From: a virus
Taxonomy: Duplodnaviria; Caudoviricetes
Length of the DNA stretch: 56,343 bases
Direction: 5' to 3' (one strand)
Virus record (IMG/VR): IMGVR_UViG_3300025396_000018
Coordinates: 1 to 56,343 of that record
Positions within the stretch are counted from its first letter, which is position 1; each line of letters begins with the position of its first letter. Below the pieces are notes generated by a model. The model was not told the DNA's origin. It was given only the letters and a program-made list of their open reading frames with translations, and searched no databases. Below, one piece after another: positions 28,432 to 38,261 of the stretch. A program made the position numbers and the translations under genes.

Positions 28432-29135
28432 GGATATTTCCCATCATATTTTTTCATCATTACTTCATTACCATTAATAAAGAAGTCTGCCGTGACAGAA
28501 CCTTTACCACCATCAACACGATAATGTGTTGTGTATTCGTTTGTGCAATCCCACTTTTGATAGTGTTGAGTTACGGCTTGTAAGAATACTCTATCTTGGC
28601 CCCAACCACCATGCCACGCAGAAGCCAATGATACAGCAACTGACGTTTTAAGGCAATAACTATTAGTATCAATATGGTGTACACCATGGTAAGTTTGCCA
28701 TTTACCTAATGATTCACAATCATCAAAGCAAACAAAGTTACCAGCTTTGTCGTGTACTTGTCTCAATGAATAACACCAGTCAAGATTTCGTCTTTGAATT
28801 GTTTCAACACAAGTTTGTACATGACGGTCTCCTAACCAATTATCTTGGTCAAGATACATCACATATTCAGTATCGACTAAATGGGTAAACGCTGCATAGA
28901 CACGGTGTCCATAAAAACCTTTGGCACCGACATTGATTGGTAAACCACACATTATAATATTTTTATAATTTGGATGTTTCTCAAATTGTTTAATATGATT
29001 CTTTACAGCATAAACATATTCAGGTCCATCACAAACAATATAACACTTGGTTTCGTATGTTTGATTTAATACAGATTTAATTGCTTCGTGTACTTCTGCT
29101 GCGCCAGTAGTTGGTATAATCACAGTTGCGGTCAT
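28413..29135 (-). CDS. Glycosyltransferase family 2
   Basis: TVIIPT, SVLNQTY, IVCDG, YLDQDN. Confidence 0.88.
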   Translation of the reverse strand: MTATVIIPTTGAAEVHEAIKSVLNQTYETKCYIVCDGPEYVYAVKNHIKQFEKHPNYKNIIMCGLPINVGAKGFYGHRVYAAFTHLVDTEYVMYLDQDNWLGDRHVQTCVETIQRRNLDWCYSLRQVHDKAGNFVCFDDCESLGKWQTYHGVHHIDTNSYCLKTSVAVSLASAWHGGWGQDRVFLQAVTQHYQKWDCTNEYTTHYRVDGGKGSVTADFFINGNEVMMKKYDGKYPWRTKT

Positions 29136-29137
29136 AA

Positions 29138-29416
29138 TTAATCTCTTGTCAGTTTTAAAATCTTTTCTATTTGTGCTTCAATTACGGGTTTACGATTTGG
29201 CCAATATATGTATTCTTTATCTCCAGTAGAATGTAATTTAGTCAAGAAAGGTACAATCATCTTTTCTAATTCATTCAATCTTGCTTTATAATCTTCTGCC
29301 GTTGCAGCAGTTTTATTAATTACTGAATTATATTCTTCTTCGGATACAGCAGAGAAACCAAAATCATTATCATCTGCGTATTGTTTAGCGAGTTTATCAA
29401 AATCAATTAATCCCAT
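29138..29416 (-). CDS. Conserved T4-like hypothetical protein
   Basis: DFGFSAV...PFL..L...KEYIYWPNR. Confidence 0.75.
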   Translation of the reverse strand: MGLIDFDKLAKQYADDNDFGFSAVSEEEYNSVINKTAATAEDYKARLNELEKMIVPFLTKLHSTGDKEYIYWPNRKPVIEAQIEKILKLTRD

Positions 29417-29425
29417 ATTTCACCT

Positions 29426-30511
29426 TTATCTATAACTATAATCACACATAATTCTTGTTGGGTATCCGTCACCGCCTTGTGTATCACGAATATTCACTTT
29501 TAGAATATACTTTTGCGTTTCTATTTCCATATCTATCCTTTTTCCCGTACCGGTTTTTCCACCGTAATATACTGTACAAGATAAAGGAGTTGCTGCTTTT
29601 TCCATGTATGGTTTATCAATCTCATACACTTTAATACTGCCGCCAATTTTGTGTACGATAGTATAACCATGGCCAATGCCAGACTTTAAGAAATCTTTAA
29701 GATTGGATTTCTGTGCTGGTGTCATTGTTTTAAATACATCTTCTGAATATCCTTGTTTCAATTTACCATTGTAGATATCACAAAACAATTCATTCTTAAT
29801 GTTAAACATTTCTAACAATTTTATTCCATTAGGATTTTCAATTTTACCGCTCTTGATTTCAGATGTCAGAAAAACCTGTTTAATGCCAGAATTAAAAAAT
29901 GTTACAGTACCAGAAGTTTTTAAACTTAAATAATATTCTTTCTTTTGACTAATTAAGGTTACATCACTAACAACTTGTCCTAAATTATTATCTCTAACGG
30001 GTATCTTAGATGAAATCAAAACTTTTGGTGTGTATACGATTGGTCGTCTATTGTTTAATTCACCAACAGTTTTAACTTCAATCTCTACCTTTAATTCTTT
30101 TAACTCTTTTAATTTATAGATTTCAGCAACATCTTCAACGGCTTTAGATAACTTCATATCTTGTTCTTCGCCAGCCCACCACTTTTCAATTGCTGTTGCA
30201 AAGATACCTTCAAAAGCATTACCTTGATTTTTTACACCTCGACCACCTGAAGAACCTTCACCAAATTTCATGGTGATTCTTTGTGCTTTTGCTTTAACTT
30301 TTAATTGTCTTAAATCAACTTCACCTGAAAGTCTACGGGTAACATTAATCTTACTCAATTTGAGTGGATCGATATTGATAGGTGATGTCTCTTTAGGGAA
30401 CATCTTTTTAAGTGTTCCAAATACACTAATGATTTCGCCTACACGGAGTTTATCTCCTCGTAGGGTCTTTTGTATTTCAGCAGCAGAAGTGGGAAAAAAT
30501 GTGTACGCCAT
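29426..30511 (-). CDS. Hypothetical basic protein, possible PD-(D/E)XK-type nuclease
   Basis: GNAFE...SDVTL...YLSLK; GGAG SD before MAYTFF. Confidence 0.55.
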   Translation of the reverse strand: MAYTFFPTSAAEIQKTLRGDKLRVGEIISVFGTLKKMFPKETSPINIDPLKLSKINVTRRLSGEVDLRQLKVKAKAQRITMKFGEGSSGGRGVKNQGNAFEGIFATAIEKWWAGEEQDMKLSKAVEDVAEIYKLKELKELKVEIEVKTVGELNNRRPIVYTPKVLISSKIPVRDNNLGQVVSDVTLISQKKEYYLSLKTSGTVTFFNSGIKQVFLTSEIKSGKIENPNGIKLLEMFNIKNELFCDIYNGKLKQGYSEDVFKTMTPAQKSNLKDFLKSGIGHGYTIVHKIGGSIKVYEIDKPYMEKAATPLSCTVYYGGKTGTGKRIDMEIETQKYILKVNIRDTQGGDGYPTRIMCDYSYR

Positions 30512-30535
30512 GTAAATCTCCATTTTGTTAAGGAG

Positions 30536-30568
30536 TATTTATTATACACACCTACCGGATGATGTCAA
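30536..30568 (-). promoter_or_regulatory. TTGACA-16-TATAAT promoter overlapped by a late-like AATAAATA
   Basis: Consensus hexamers at 30563-30568 and 30541-30546. Confidence 0.65.
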
Positions 30569-31661
30569 TGTTTGTATCATTAGTCCAGACTTCAACTGTT
30601 GTACGGAGGCGACCTTCTGCTTTAAGTGTTTCATATCGATTTGTTGCCTTCTGCTTCCACCACTCAACGATGTTGTTTAATTCATGTTTTTGATAGTTTT
30701 CACCTGGAATCAAAGTATCGGTTTTGCAATTCATGTAATCAACGGAATTCTTAAATCCATAATCTGAAGTATAATATCTTTTCTTTTCTGTCAACTTTTT
30801 GGCGTTCTCAATCGTTAAAGAGAATGCCTCCCCTTCAGGTGTACCTTTAAGTGCTGCTTTAGTTAAAGCAATAATTTTAGTAAAAGTTCTTAGTTTTCTA
30901 CTGGTAGTTGATGTATCACCTGCCAACAAATCTCCAGTAATATTCTCAACATAGTTCTTCAAATCATGGTATCTTTGACCGTGCATCATTGGTACGATAT
31001 CAGATTCAGTAAGACCACGAAAACGAATATATGGTTTCATGCCATCATATTGTGATACTGACTTGGTACTTCCGTATAGACTGGTAGTTTCAAATAGACA
31101 TACATTCATACCATATTTCTTATTGCACATTTCTCTTACAGTATGACTGGTACAAATGGCAGATAGAAGTTTACCACCTAGATAATTAAAACCGAATGGT
31201 TGACTTGGTACAATTACAAAACCCATAACACAAGCAGTATTGAATCGTTTGGCAGTATCCTCCTGCTGAATCCAGACCTGTCCTAAGAGTTCATTTCGAG
31301 GTTTCATATAGATTACTGGTGAACCTAACCGAATGAAACCTAGAATCTTTCCTGAGTTCTTCTCTTTGACAGCCAATTGTATATTCTTACCAACTGGTGC
31401 CTTATTGATGTGGGAACTGGTAATGGCAAGCAATGTTTCAAACTGAGCATTTGGTATTTCACAAACTTCAATATCCATATCTTTTGGATGTACCGAGAAA
31501 TCAGAAAACAAATCATCTTCTGGTGGAAACAATGAAGAAGGTAAATCTTCAAGGTTTTTTATCTTCTCATCACGCATATATTCTTCGGTACTTCCAATAT
31601 TACTAAAGTAATCGTGGAATACTTTGGAACAATGTAGTGCTTGTTCTCTAGTTAATATCAT
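30552..31661 (-). CDS. DUF4338 / DruA-like GNAT-related conserved protein
   Basis: LGFIRLGSP, IVPSQPFGFNYLGGKLL, ETTSLYG...SQYDG. Confidence 0.7.
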   Translation of the reverse strand: MILTREQALHCSKVFHDYFSNIGSTEEYMRDEKIKNLEDLPSSLFPPEDDLFSDFSVHPKDMDIEVCEIPNAQFETLLAITSSHINKAPVGKNIQLAVKEKNSGKILGFIRLGSPVIYMKPRNELLGQVWIQQEDTAKRFNTACVMGFVIVPSQPFGFNYLGGKLLSAICTSHTVREMCNKKYGMNVCLFETTSLYGSTKSVSQYDGMKPYIRFRGLTESDIVPMMHGQRYHDLKNYVENITGDLLAGDTSTTSRKLRTFTKIIALTKAALKGTPEGEAFSLTIENAKKLTEKKRYYTSDYGFKNSVDYMNCKTDTLIPGENYQKHELNNIVEWWKQKATNRYETLKAEGRLRTTVEVWTNDTNIDIIR

Positions 31662-33043
31662 ACTTTAAATCCGTCAAATGATTTTTTCTGTGGTTGAATT
31701 TTGTTAAATGCGCCAACAGGTGCAGTACCGGCATCAGCAATACCTTGTTGTGCAGATTGTTCCACATCATACAATTTCATTTTGGATCTATCGACACCAA
31801 TTGCAAATCGTTTGTAATAAGATGGATCATTGTATCGATTCTTCAATTGCTTTACCATAATCTGTCCGAGTTCTTCTAATTCTTCGGAAGAAATCAAAGC
31901 AAACATCAAATCGGCAGTAGCAGGAAGTCCAAAAGATTCAGAAGTATCTTCTAGTCCTGGATCGGATGATGTGAATCCGCTTCGTGTCGTTTGAGTTGCG
32001 GAAACAATTGGTACGTTATACTCGACTGCCAGTCCTCTAAGTTCTTCAGCAATCGATTTAACATATGTGTAGGAATTAATATTTGCACCAGCCTTGATAC
32101 GGCTAGAACAACAGATGTTAAGATAATCAACAAAGATGATATCAGGTACAAAACTGCGTTTAAGATTAAGTTCATTTAATAATGTCCTAAAATGAGTTAC
32201 AGAAGCCGATGCGGTTGGGTATTCTTTGATGATAAGTTTGCCTGTTGTCTTTTCTTTAACCCGAGCAACTTTCTTATCATACATATCTTTTGGTAAATCC
32301 ATCAAATCATCCAAAGATACATTCAAAAGATTTGCATCTATTCTTTCAGCAATCTTTTCTTCAGCCATTTCCAAAGTGATATACAATACGTTTTTACCAA
32401 GAACCATACAGCTAGAAGCAACATGGCACATGAACAAAGACTTCCCAACACCGGTGCCAGCAAGAGCAATATTAAGAGTCTTAGCAGGTAAACCACCTTT
32501 AGTGATTTTATTAAAATATTCCAAATCAAAGGGGATTCTTTCTTCTTTGCGATGATAGAACTCATATCGTTCATCGGAGTTTTCGAGATAATCGTGACCT
32601 ACTGTGGTATCGAATGAAACGGCCAAGGCGTCCGATAATATAGAGGGAATCGCACCTTTGTCCTGATTTTTATCTTTGCCATCGAGAATTGAAATAGCCC
32701 GTAGTACACCATTATAAATCGCCTTCTCTTGGCAGAACTTTTCGGTTTTGTCAACAAGCCATTGAACTTCGGTTTCTGCTTTGCTATTTGCCTCAATTTC
32801 TTTGAGATAAGTTTCGCATCCCTCAACTTCGTCAGATGTAAGAGTACTCTTTTCTTTGACGGCAATACTAATTGCCTCAACCGATGGTGGAGAATTGTAA
32901 GTTTCCGTGAATGATGTAATTTCATTGAATAATGTCCTCTCCGTTCTGTCGGAGAAATAATCAGATTTTAAAAACGGTAATACTTTTCTTAAATAATCTT
33001 CATTATAAATCAGATTCTTTAATATCGCTTGTTCCAGCTTCAT
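31658..33043 (-). CDS. 41: Replicative DNA helicase (T4 gp41)
   Basis: LAGTGVGKS, ITLEMAE, IFVDYLNI, SATQTTR, QLKNRY; start at MKLEQ. Confidence 0.96.
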   Translation of the reverse strand: MKLEQAILKNLIYNEDYLRKVLPFLKSDYFSDRTERTLFNEITSFTETYNSPPSVEAISIAVKEKSTLTSDEVEGCETYLKEIEANSKAETEVQWLVDKTEKFCQEKAIYNGVLRAISILDGKDKNQDKGAIPSILSDALAVSFDTTVGHDYLENSDERYEFYHRKEERIPFDLEYFNKITKGGLPAKTLNIALAGTGVGKSLFMCHVASSCMVLGKNVLYITLEMAEEKIAERIDANLLNVSLDDLMDLPKDMYDKKVARVKEKTTGKLIIKEYPTASASVTHFRTLLNELNLKRSFVPDIIFVDYLNICCSSRIKAGANINSYTYVKSIAEELRGLAVEYNVPIVSATQTTRSGFTSSDPGLEDTSESFGLPATADLMFALISSEELEELGQIMVKQLKNRYNDPSYYKRFAIGVDRSKMKLYDVEQSAQQGIADAGTAPVGAFNKIQPQKKSFDGFKV

Positions 33044-33323
33044 CGTATACTTCCTGTTCAATATTACTACTCATAATTTCTACCAATAAATCACCAATGT
33101 AATTCTTAAAGGTTTCATCCTTTTCTAACTTCTTTGGCTTATCGATTGGTGATTCTAACACATCGTAAGCAAAAAGTAAATGGACCTCATCACCTTTTTC
33201 TTCAAACTTAACTCTACCATATTTGTAAAGAGTGCCTTTGTACGGACCTTCTAAAAATTTAATGTGTACCGAAGCGGCATCTTCTTTTGGGTAAATATAA
33301 CAGTAATCAACGCCTTCAATCAT
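33003..33323 (-). CDS. Hypothetical protein at the T4 gp40 position
   Basis: Synteny uvsX-x-41. Confidence 0.6.
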   Translation of the reverse strand: MIEGVDYCYIYPKEDAASVHIKFLEGPYKGTLYKYGRVKFEEKGDEVHLLFAYDVLESPIDKPKKLEKDETFKNYIGDLLVEIMSSNIEQEVYDEAGTSDIKESDL

Positions 33324-34395
33324 CTTCTACTCCGTTAGTAGTCTCCACTTCAAATGCTTGTTCTACTTCTTCTCTGATAATACCACCTGTTGCAATTTGG
33401 TATTTGTCTTGTACATATTGTTGGAAAGATTTCTGTTTAAGAATTGGTAACCAGAATTCTGATGTATCAGTTTCTTTGATACGGTATTTCTTATCTTCTA
33501 TAACGCCAGATTCCGTATCCACCTTAGAGTACCAACCGTTGGATGGTTTGATGACATGACCTGAATCAAGAGCGATGTCAAGTAACCCACTCCAACGGCT
33601 AATACCACCATCATGACGAACGGTGACCGGAATCTTAGACTTCTCTTTAACATATCGAGACTTTTCGACATTAATGATAAAATTATATCCAACAATTTCT
33701 GTACCTTCTTTCTCTTGTTGACGACCAATAATAAAAATATTATCGGCAGAATAATATGAACCTGTACCACCACCAACGATATCTTTAGGGAACATTCCGA
33801 TTTCTTTGTAAGTATGATTGACAACAATCATTGGAATATCTTTAAGTGATAAGTGTGGTGTAATCATTCGGAATAATGATTTAACTTGTTTTGCTCTTGA
33901 CATATCGGCAACAGATTTGCCATCAAGTGCATCATCGACTTCTTTTTTTGATGCTAAATTACCAATTGAATCAATTACAATAATCAAATGTTCACCACGT
34001 TCAAGATTGGTGAGTTGTTGCATCACATCAAACTTTAATTGCTCAATATCAGTAAGAGGAGTGTGCAGAACACGATTAGTATCGATTCCAAAGGAATCAA
34101 AATAAGACTGAGGAGTACCAAACTCGCTATCATAAAATAATAAAGCAGCATCTTCGTATTTGTCCAAGTAAGATTTTGCCATCAAAAGTGAGAAAGCAGT
34201 CTTAAAGTGTTTTGATGGGCCTGCCCACATTGTAAGACCTGGTGTTAAACCGCCATCTAATTTACCAGAAAGTGCCACATTGATAATGGGCACCGAGGTT
34301 GGAATCATATCTTTGTTTGTAAAGAATTTTGATTTAGATAGAATAGCCGAATCTTTAATACTACTATTCTTTTTAATTTTGTCAAGTATACTCAT
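33316..34395 (-). CDS. uvsX: RecA-like recombinase UvsX
   Basis: AGPSKHFKT, FYDSEFG, IDSIGNLASKKE, VNHTY, GGGTG. Confidence 0.96.
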   Translation of the reverse strand: MSILDKIKKNSSIKDSAILSKSKFFTNKDMIPTSVPIINVALSGKLDGGLTPGLTMWAGPSKHFKTAFSLLMAKSYLDKYEDAALLFYDSEFGTPQSYFDSFGIDTNRVLHTPLTDIEQLKFDVMQQLTNLERGEHLIIVIDSIGNLASKKEVDDALDGKSVADMSRAKQVKSLFRMITPHLSLKDIPMIVVNHTYKEIGMFPKDIVGGGTGSYYSADNIFIIGRQQEKEGTEIVGYNFIINVEKSRYVKEKSKIPVTVRHDGGISRWSGLLDIALDSGHVIKPSNGWYSKVDTESGVIEDKKYRIKETDTSEFWLPILKQKSFQQYVQDKYQIATGGIIREEVEQAFEVETTNGVEDD

Positions 34396-35316
34396 TTATT
34401 TTCCTTTTTCACGAAATGCAAATTCAGCATTGTAATCATACTTAGGTTCTAAGACTTTAGTTCTAACTCCTGCTGATAATGGAGGCATAGTTTCACCTGA
34501 TGCTTCATCTAATACAATTGGCTGTGCCTTTTCAAACTCGGCAATGTTTTCTTTTTCAACTTCAATTTTATCGTCAGGTTTAGTTTCAGTAAATACTGGT
34601 ATGTCACTTGCCGTTAAACCAGTAATTTCACCATCTTTTACGATGGGTTTTCCAGGTGGTGGCTTCAATGACATATTTGCTGCTATCAATAATAACACAG
34701 CTAGCGGGTCAAATACAACCATAATCAACATGATTACCAAACGAACTGCTTTGTCTAAAGCATTATCGTCATCACTACCATATACCAAATCACCAACATA
34801 CTTAATAGGACCTACTTCTGCCACAAGTTTATTAGATTCTTTTAATAATGGTAATTTTTTCTTACTGATTTCGGTTAATTCTTTTTGAGTATCTTGAATT
34901 TGTTTATCAAGTCGATTGTTTGCCGTTGATGGATCTTTGGCTCGTGCCAACAAATAATCTAATCTATCTTTGGTAATTTTCTCTTGTTGATTTAATGTTT
35001 TGACTTCTACATTATTGGCGCCCGCATCAAGTGTGGAATCAATATGTGCTTTGGCCAAGAAACCAAAAATACCCATACTAGTAATCATCATCAAAACAAT
35101 CACTGCGGTTGTCAAGTATGTTTTCAATAAAAGTGGGCAGGTCTTCCAATTACGATATAACCATGATGCAGTAACCAGTTTACTGGCTTCAAGAACTCCG
35201 CCCATAAAGACGATTGGCCAAAACGCACCAGTAAAGATTGCTGCCAATCCGATTACCGAATAGTAGGCAGCAATACCAGATAATGCCAAGGCACATAAAA
35301 ATGTTAAGTAAATCAT
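34396..35316 (-). CDS. Multi-pass membrane protein with coiled coil
   Basis: Three N-terminal TM helices, coiled coil, VFDPLAVLLLIAAN; ATGA overlap with gp43. Confidence 0.75.
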   Translation of the reverse strand: MIYLTFLCALALSGIAAYYSVIGLAAIFTGAFWPIVFMGGVLEASKLVTASWLYRNWKTCPLLLKTYLTTAVIVLMMITSMGIFGFLAKAHIDSTLDAGANNVEVKTLNQQEKITKDRLDYLLARAKDPSTANNRLDKQIQDTQKELTEISKKKLPLLKESNKLVAEVGPIKYVGDLVYGSDDDNALDKAVRLVIMLIMVVFDPLAVLLLIAANMSLKPPPGKPIVKDGEITGLTASDIPVFTETKPDDKIEVEKENIAEFEKAQPIVLDEASGETMPPLSAGVRTKVLEPKYDYNAEFAFREKGK

Positions 35317-37853
35317 GAGAAGAAATCCTCCAGACTGCTTATTTTCTCTGTTGTCCAGCCCATACAATCAAGAATGACTTTGATGGGTTCAATAAATGAC
35401 TTTTCAAATTGTAAATCATAATCGATATAATTGTCAAGCCCAAACTCTTTTGGTAATCTACCAGGAAAAGAAATAACGGTATTCTTAAAATGATTTGGTG
35501 TTTTAAGATAACTATACTTTAACTTCTCACCTTCTTGAATCAAAGGATACTTTTTGGTTAGTCCTTTTTCTTTGAGATAATGATTATAAAGAATGGCACC
35601 CTTAACATGAATTGGAGTACCAAGTTTATACAATGTCACCGAATCATAATATTTAGCCAAACCATTACAGCCTCTTGGTGAAGAAATATCTTCTGGTGGT
35701 AATGCCTTGAATTCTTCTTTAAAGTCCTCAATAAATTTGTGTACATCATCTTCTGTACCGGTTACAAGAAGTTTAATCAAATCATACATCTTAACACGAA
35801 TGACAGATGGTGTTGAAGATTTAACCATTTCAAGACCCATGACTTTGAGTTGTGGTTCTTTGTATTGCACACCTTCATTATTATACACATTCAGAATATA
35901 TCTTTTCTTTGCAGTCCAAATTCCTACATTAGAAAGACCTTCACGTTTCATTTCCATCTTTTGAGCATATGCACAAACATACTCTGCAAGCTCCTGATAA
36001 CTTTTGTCAATAAAAGGTTGAATTTTATCTTCACATATACGGTCCATGATGGAGATAACTTTTGAAGTTTCAGTCTTTGTTTTAACAATGCTATCAACCA
36101 ATGGACCAAGGTTGAGATAAATCGAATCTGTATCTGACGCAATAACATAATCTTTCTCACTTTTTAATATCCTGTTCATCCACTCATTAAGTTTAGCTTC
36201 AATCCAACGAATACTTAACTGGCCAGCGGTCGTAACACCAAGAGCCATACGCAAATCATAAAATCTGAAATACTGAGAGCCAAGAGCGCCGTAAGCAGAA
36301 TTAAGTGATACTTTCTTTGCCAACTGGATGTTATTATATTTTGCAATACGTTTTTCAATTTCATACTTTTTAGATTCGTCAGTTTCATTTTCATATTCTT
36401 GCTTTGCGGCCAACATCATGTTCTTAAACTTCTTACGGTCTGTATACATTTCTTCCATCATCTTAGGTAAGAAACCTTGTTTGACAGTAGAAAAGAATTG
36501 GCCATTAGGAGTTAGTGTTGCACCTTTAAGTCTTGTTAAATCAACTTTCTTGGCCAACATCTTATTAACATCAACGCCTTGTTCCAGAATGTCACGCATT
36601 TCATCTGTGTAATCTTCAGGTTCAATCAGAGTTTCAGGACTAATATTATATTGCATCATCAAGTGAGGATACAAACTATTCAAGTCAAACGATGCCACCC
36701 AATCATGCTTGCCTACTTGAACCTCTTTAACATAAGCACCTTCAAACATACCATCTTTGTGTTTAGTGATACGAGGCGGTACAATGATATTCTTCTCATA
36801 CAAGTAAGCATAAGTCAAAGAATCCCACATACGAGTTTGAGCAAAGACATCTTCAAAGTTTGTCTTGGTGTCATAAGCAAGAGTTACTGCCAGTTCAAGC
36901 AGTTTCAACTTATCTTCTAATTTGATAATGAGTTCAACGTCTTTGATGTTATACTCAATAAACTTTTGAAAGTTCAAACGATACAATGCGTGTAGGTTAT
37001 CATATTCATCATAAGAGATTTTGCCTTCACCAAGTTCTACCTGTGCAATAGCATCAAGACGATAACTCTCTTGTGACTTACCGCCAGGAGCATACCATTT
37101 GTATAGTTCGATGTAGTCTAGTGATTCAACGCCAAGTAGACCATAAGCAATCATCTCTCGGCCATTGATTATAGTCTTTCTTTCAGAAATAAAATTCCAA
37201 GGTGACAACTTCTTAGTTTCTGGTTCGCCAAGAATTTTACGAAATCGATTGATGAGATAAGGTATATCAAAAAACTTTGTATTCCATCCTGTAATGATAT
37301 CAGGATACTTGTCTTTCCAAAATGCCATGAATTGTTTGCAAAGAGAATACTCATCTTTACAACGAACATAAACTTCATTACCTTGTACTTCATACTCACC
37401 ACAGGCAAATACAAAAGGAGTTTGATTTAGAAATTTGATACAGATAGCGGTGATTGGTTCGTTTGCTTTGTATGGGTCAGGAAATCCATTCTCTGAACCA
37501 ACCTCAATATCGATTACGGCAATCTGAACCTTATCATAATCATAGTCGACCATGCCACGATGTTGTTCAGCGATATAAGCATATTCAAATCGTGTTTGAC
37601 CATAGATTACTGGAGAACCTGGCACTCCATCAAATTGCTTGATGTAGTCTCTAGCAGCACGAAGGTCACCAAAGACTTTTTGGTCAAGTGGTAGACCATC
37701 TAATGAAGAATAAACACCTTGTGGGTTTTTACGAGAAGGAAGATATAATGAAGGAGAATAATCAACTTTCTCCCTCACTACCTGACCATCACGAATGCCT
37801 CGATAGAGAATACTGTTACCGAAACTTTGTACATTAGTATAGAAATTGCTCAA
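35313..37853 (-). CDS. 43: DNA polymerase family B (T4 gp43), uninterrupted
   Basis: DIEV exonuclease motif, SFDLNSLYP, K.SLNSAYG, ASDTDS, KKRY. Confidence 0.97.
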   Translation of the reverse strand: MSNFYTNVQSFGNSILYRGIRDGQVVREKVDYSPSLYLPSRKNPQGVYSSLDGLPLDQKVFGDLRAARDYIKQFDGVPGSPVIYGQTRFEYAYIAEQHRGMVDYDYDKVQIAVIDIEVGSENGFPDPYKANEPITAICIKFLNQTPFVFACGEYEVQGNEVYVRCKDEYSLCKQFMAFWKDKYPDIITGWNTKFFDIPYLINRFRKILGEPETKKLSPWNFISERKTIINGREMIAYGLLGVESLDYIELYKWYAPGGKSQESYRLDAIAQVELGEGKISYDEYDNLHALYRLNFQKFIEYNIKDVELIIKLEDKLKLLELAVTLAYDTKTNFEDVFAQTRMWDSLTYAYLYEKNIIVPPRITKHKDGMFEGAYVKEVQVGKHDWVASFDLNSLYPHLMMQYNISPETLIEPEDYTDEMRDILEQGVDVNKMLAKKVDLTRLKGATLTPNGQFFSTVKQGFLPKMMEEMYTDRKKFKNMMLAAKQEYENETDESKKYEIEKRIAKYNNIQLAKKVSLNSAYGALGSQYFRFYDLRMALGVTTAGQLSIRWIEAKLNEWMNRILKSEKDYVIASDTDSIYLNLGPLVDSIVKTKTETSKVISIMDRICEDKIQPFIDKSYQELAEYVCAYAQKMEMKREGLSNVGIWTAKKRYILNVYNNEGVQYKEPQLKVMGLEMVKSSTPSVIRVKMYDLIKLLVTGTEDDVHKFIEDFKEEFKALPPEDISSPRGCNGLAKYYDSVTLYKLGTPIHVKGAILYNHYLKEKGLTKKYPLIQEGEKLKYSYLKTPNHFKNTVISFPGRLPKEFGLDNYIDYDLQFEKSFIEPIKVILDCMGWTTEKISSLEDFFS

Positions 37854-37854
37854 T

Positions 37855-38166
37855 TTAGCCTGTAATCAATGATTTTTGTGGAGGAACGATAATACCAGCA
37901 CCAAAGATTTGTTTATAATTACTAATAAAATCTTCAGCAGGAACATAGGAGTATACTACACTACGCTTAGAAATGGCAATAGTGGCATCTTTCTTTTGTT
38001 CAGCATGAAGCGGGAATGGGGCCAGTCCAACACTAGGTTGACCATCTTTACCACGAACTACAGCAATACCAACTGGATTACTCAATACATATTCGGTCTC
38101 AGATTCCGATTCAATTTCACTCAAAACCTCTTCTCCGGTCGTTAATTTCAATACTTTAATGTCCAT
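37855..38166 (-). CDS. Small conserved T4-like protein (Sm-like pattern) upstream of gp43
   Basis: KVLKLTTGEEVL...Y.Q.FG.GIIVP; AGGAG SD. Confidence 0.75.
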   Translation of the reverse strand: MDIKVLKLTTGEEVLSEIESESETEYVLSNPVGIAVVRGKDGQPSVGLAPFPLHAEQKKDATIAISKRSVVYSYVPAEDFISNYKQIFGAGIIVPPQKSLITG

Positions 38167-38188
38167 TATTTTCTCCTAATAAAATTGG

Positions 38189-38196
38189 TATAAATA
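38189..38196 (+). promoter_or_regulatory. T4 late promoter TATAAATA heading the plus-strand island
   Basis: Exact gp55 consensus in the divergent intergenic gap. Confidence 0.65.
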
Positions 38197-38225
38197 TACT
38201 TGTTACTTATATTGATGCTTTGGTG

Positions 38226-38254
38226 ATTATATACGATTAACCAACGATTGTCAA
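38226..38254 (-). promoter_or_regulatory. Sigma70-type promoter TTGACA-17-TATAAT for the gp43 operon
   Basis: Perfect consensus. Confidence 0.88.
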
Positions 38255-38261
38255 TACAAAA

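Noticed and set aside
30552-31661. Druantia defence system
   Set aside because: Only a DruA-like domain; no DruE helicase or other partners in the window
35313-37853. Inteins or introns in gp43, gp41, nrdA or uvsX
   Set aside because: Lengths are normal and no splice motifs are seen
1006-38145. Many plus-strand ORFs of 60-145 aa opposite minus-strand genes
   Set aside because: Antisense shadows of well-supported genes, with no SD or recognisable motifs
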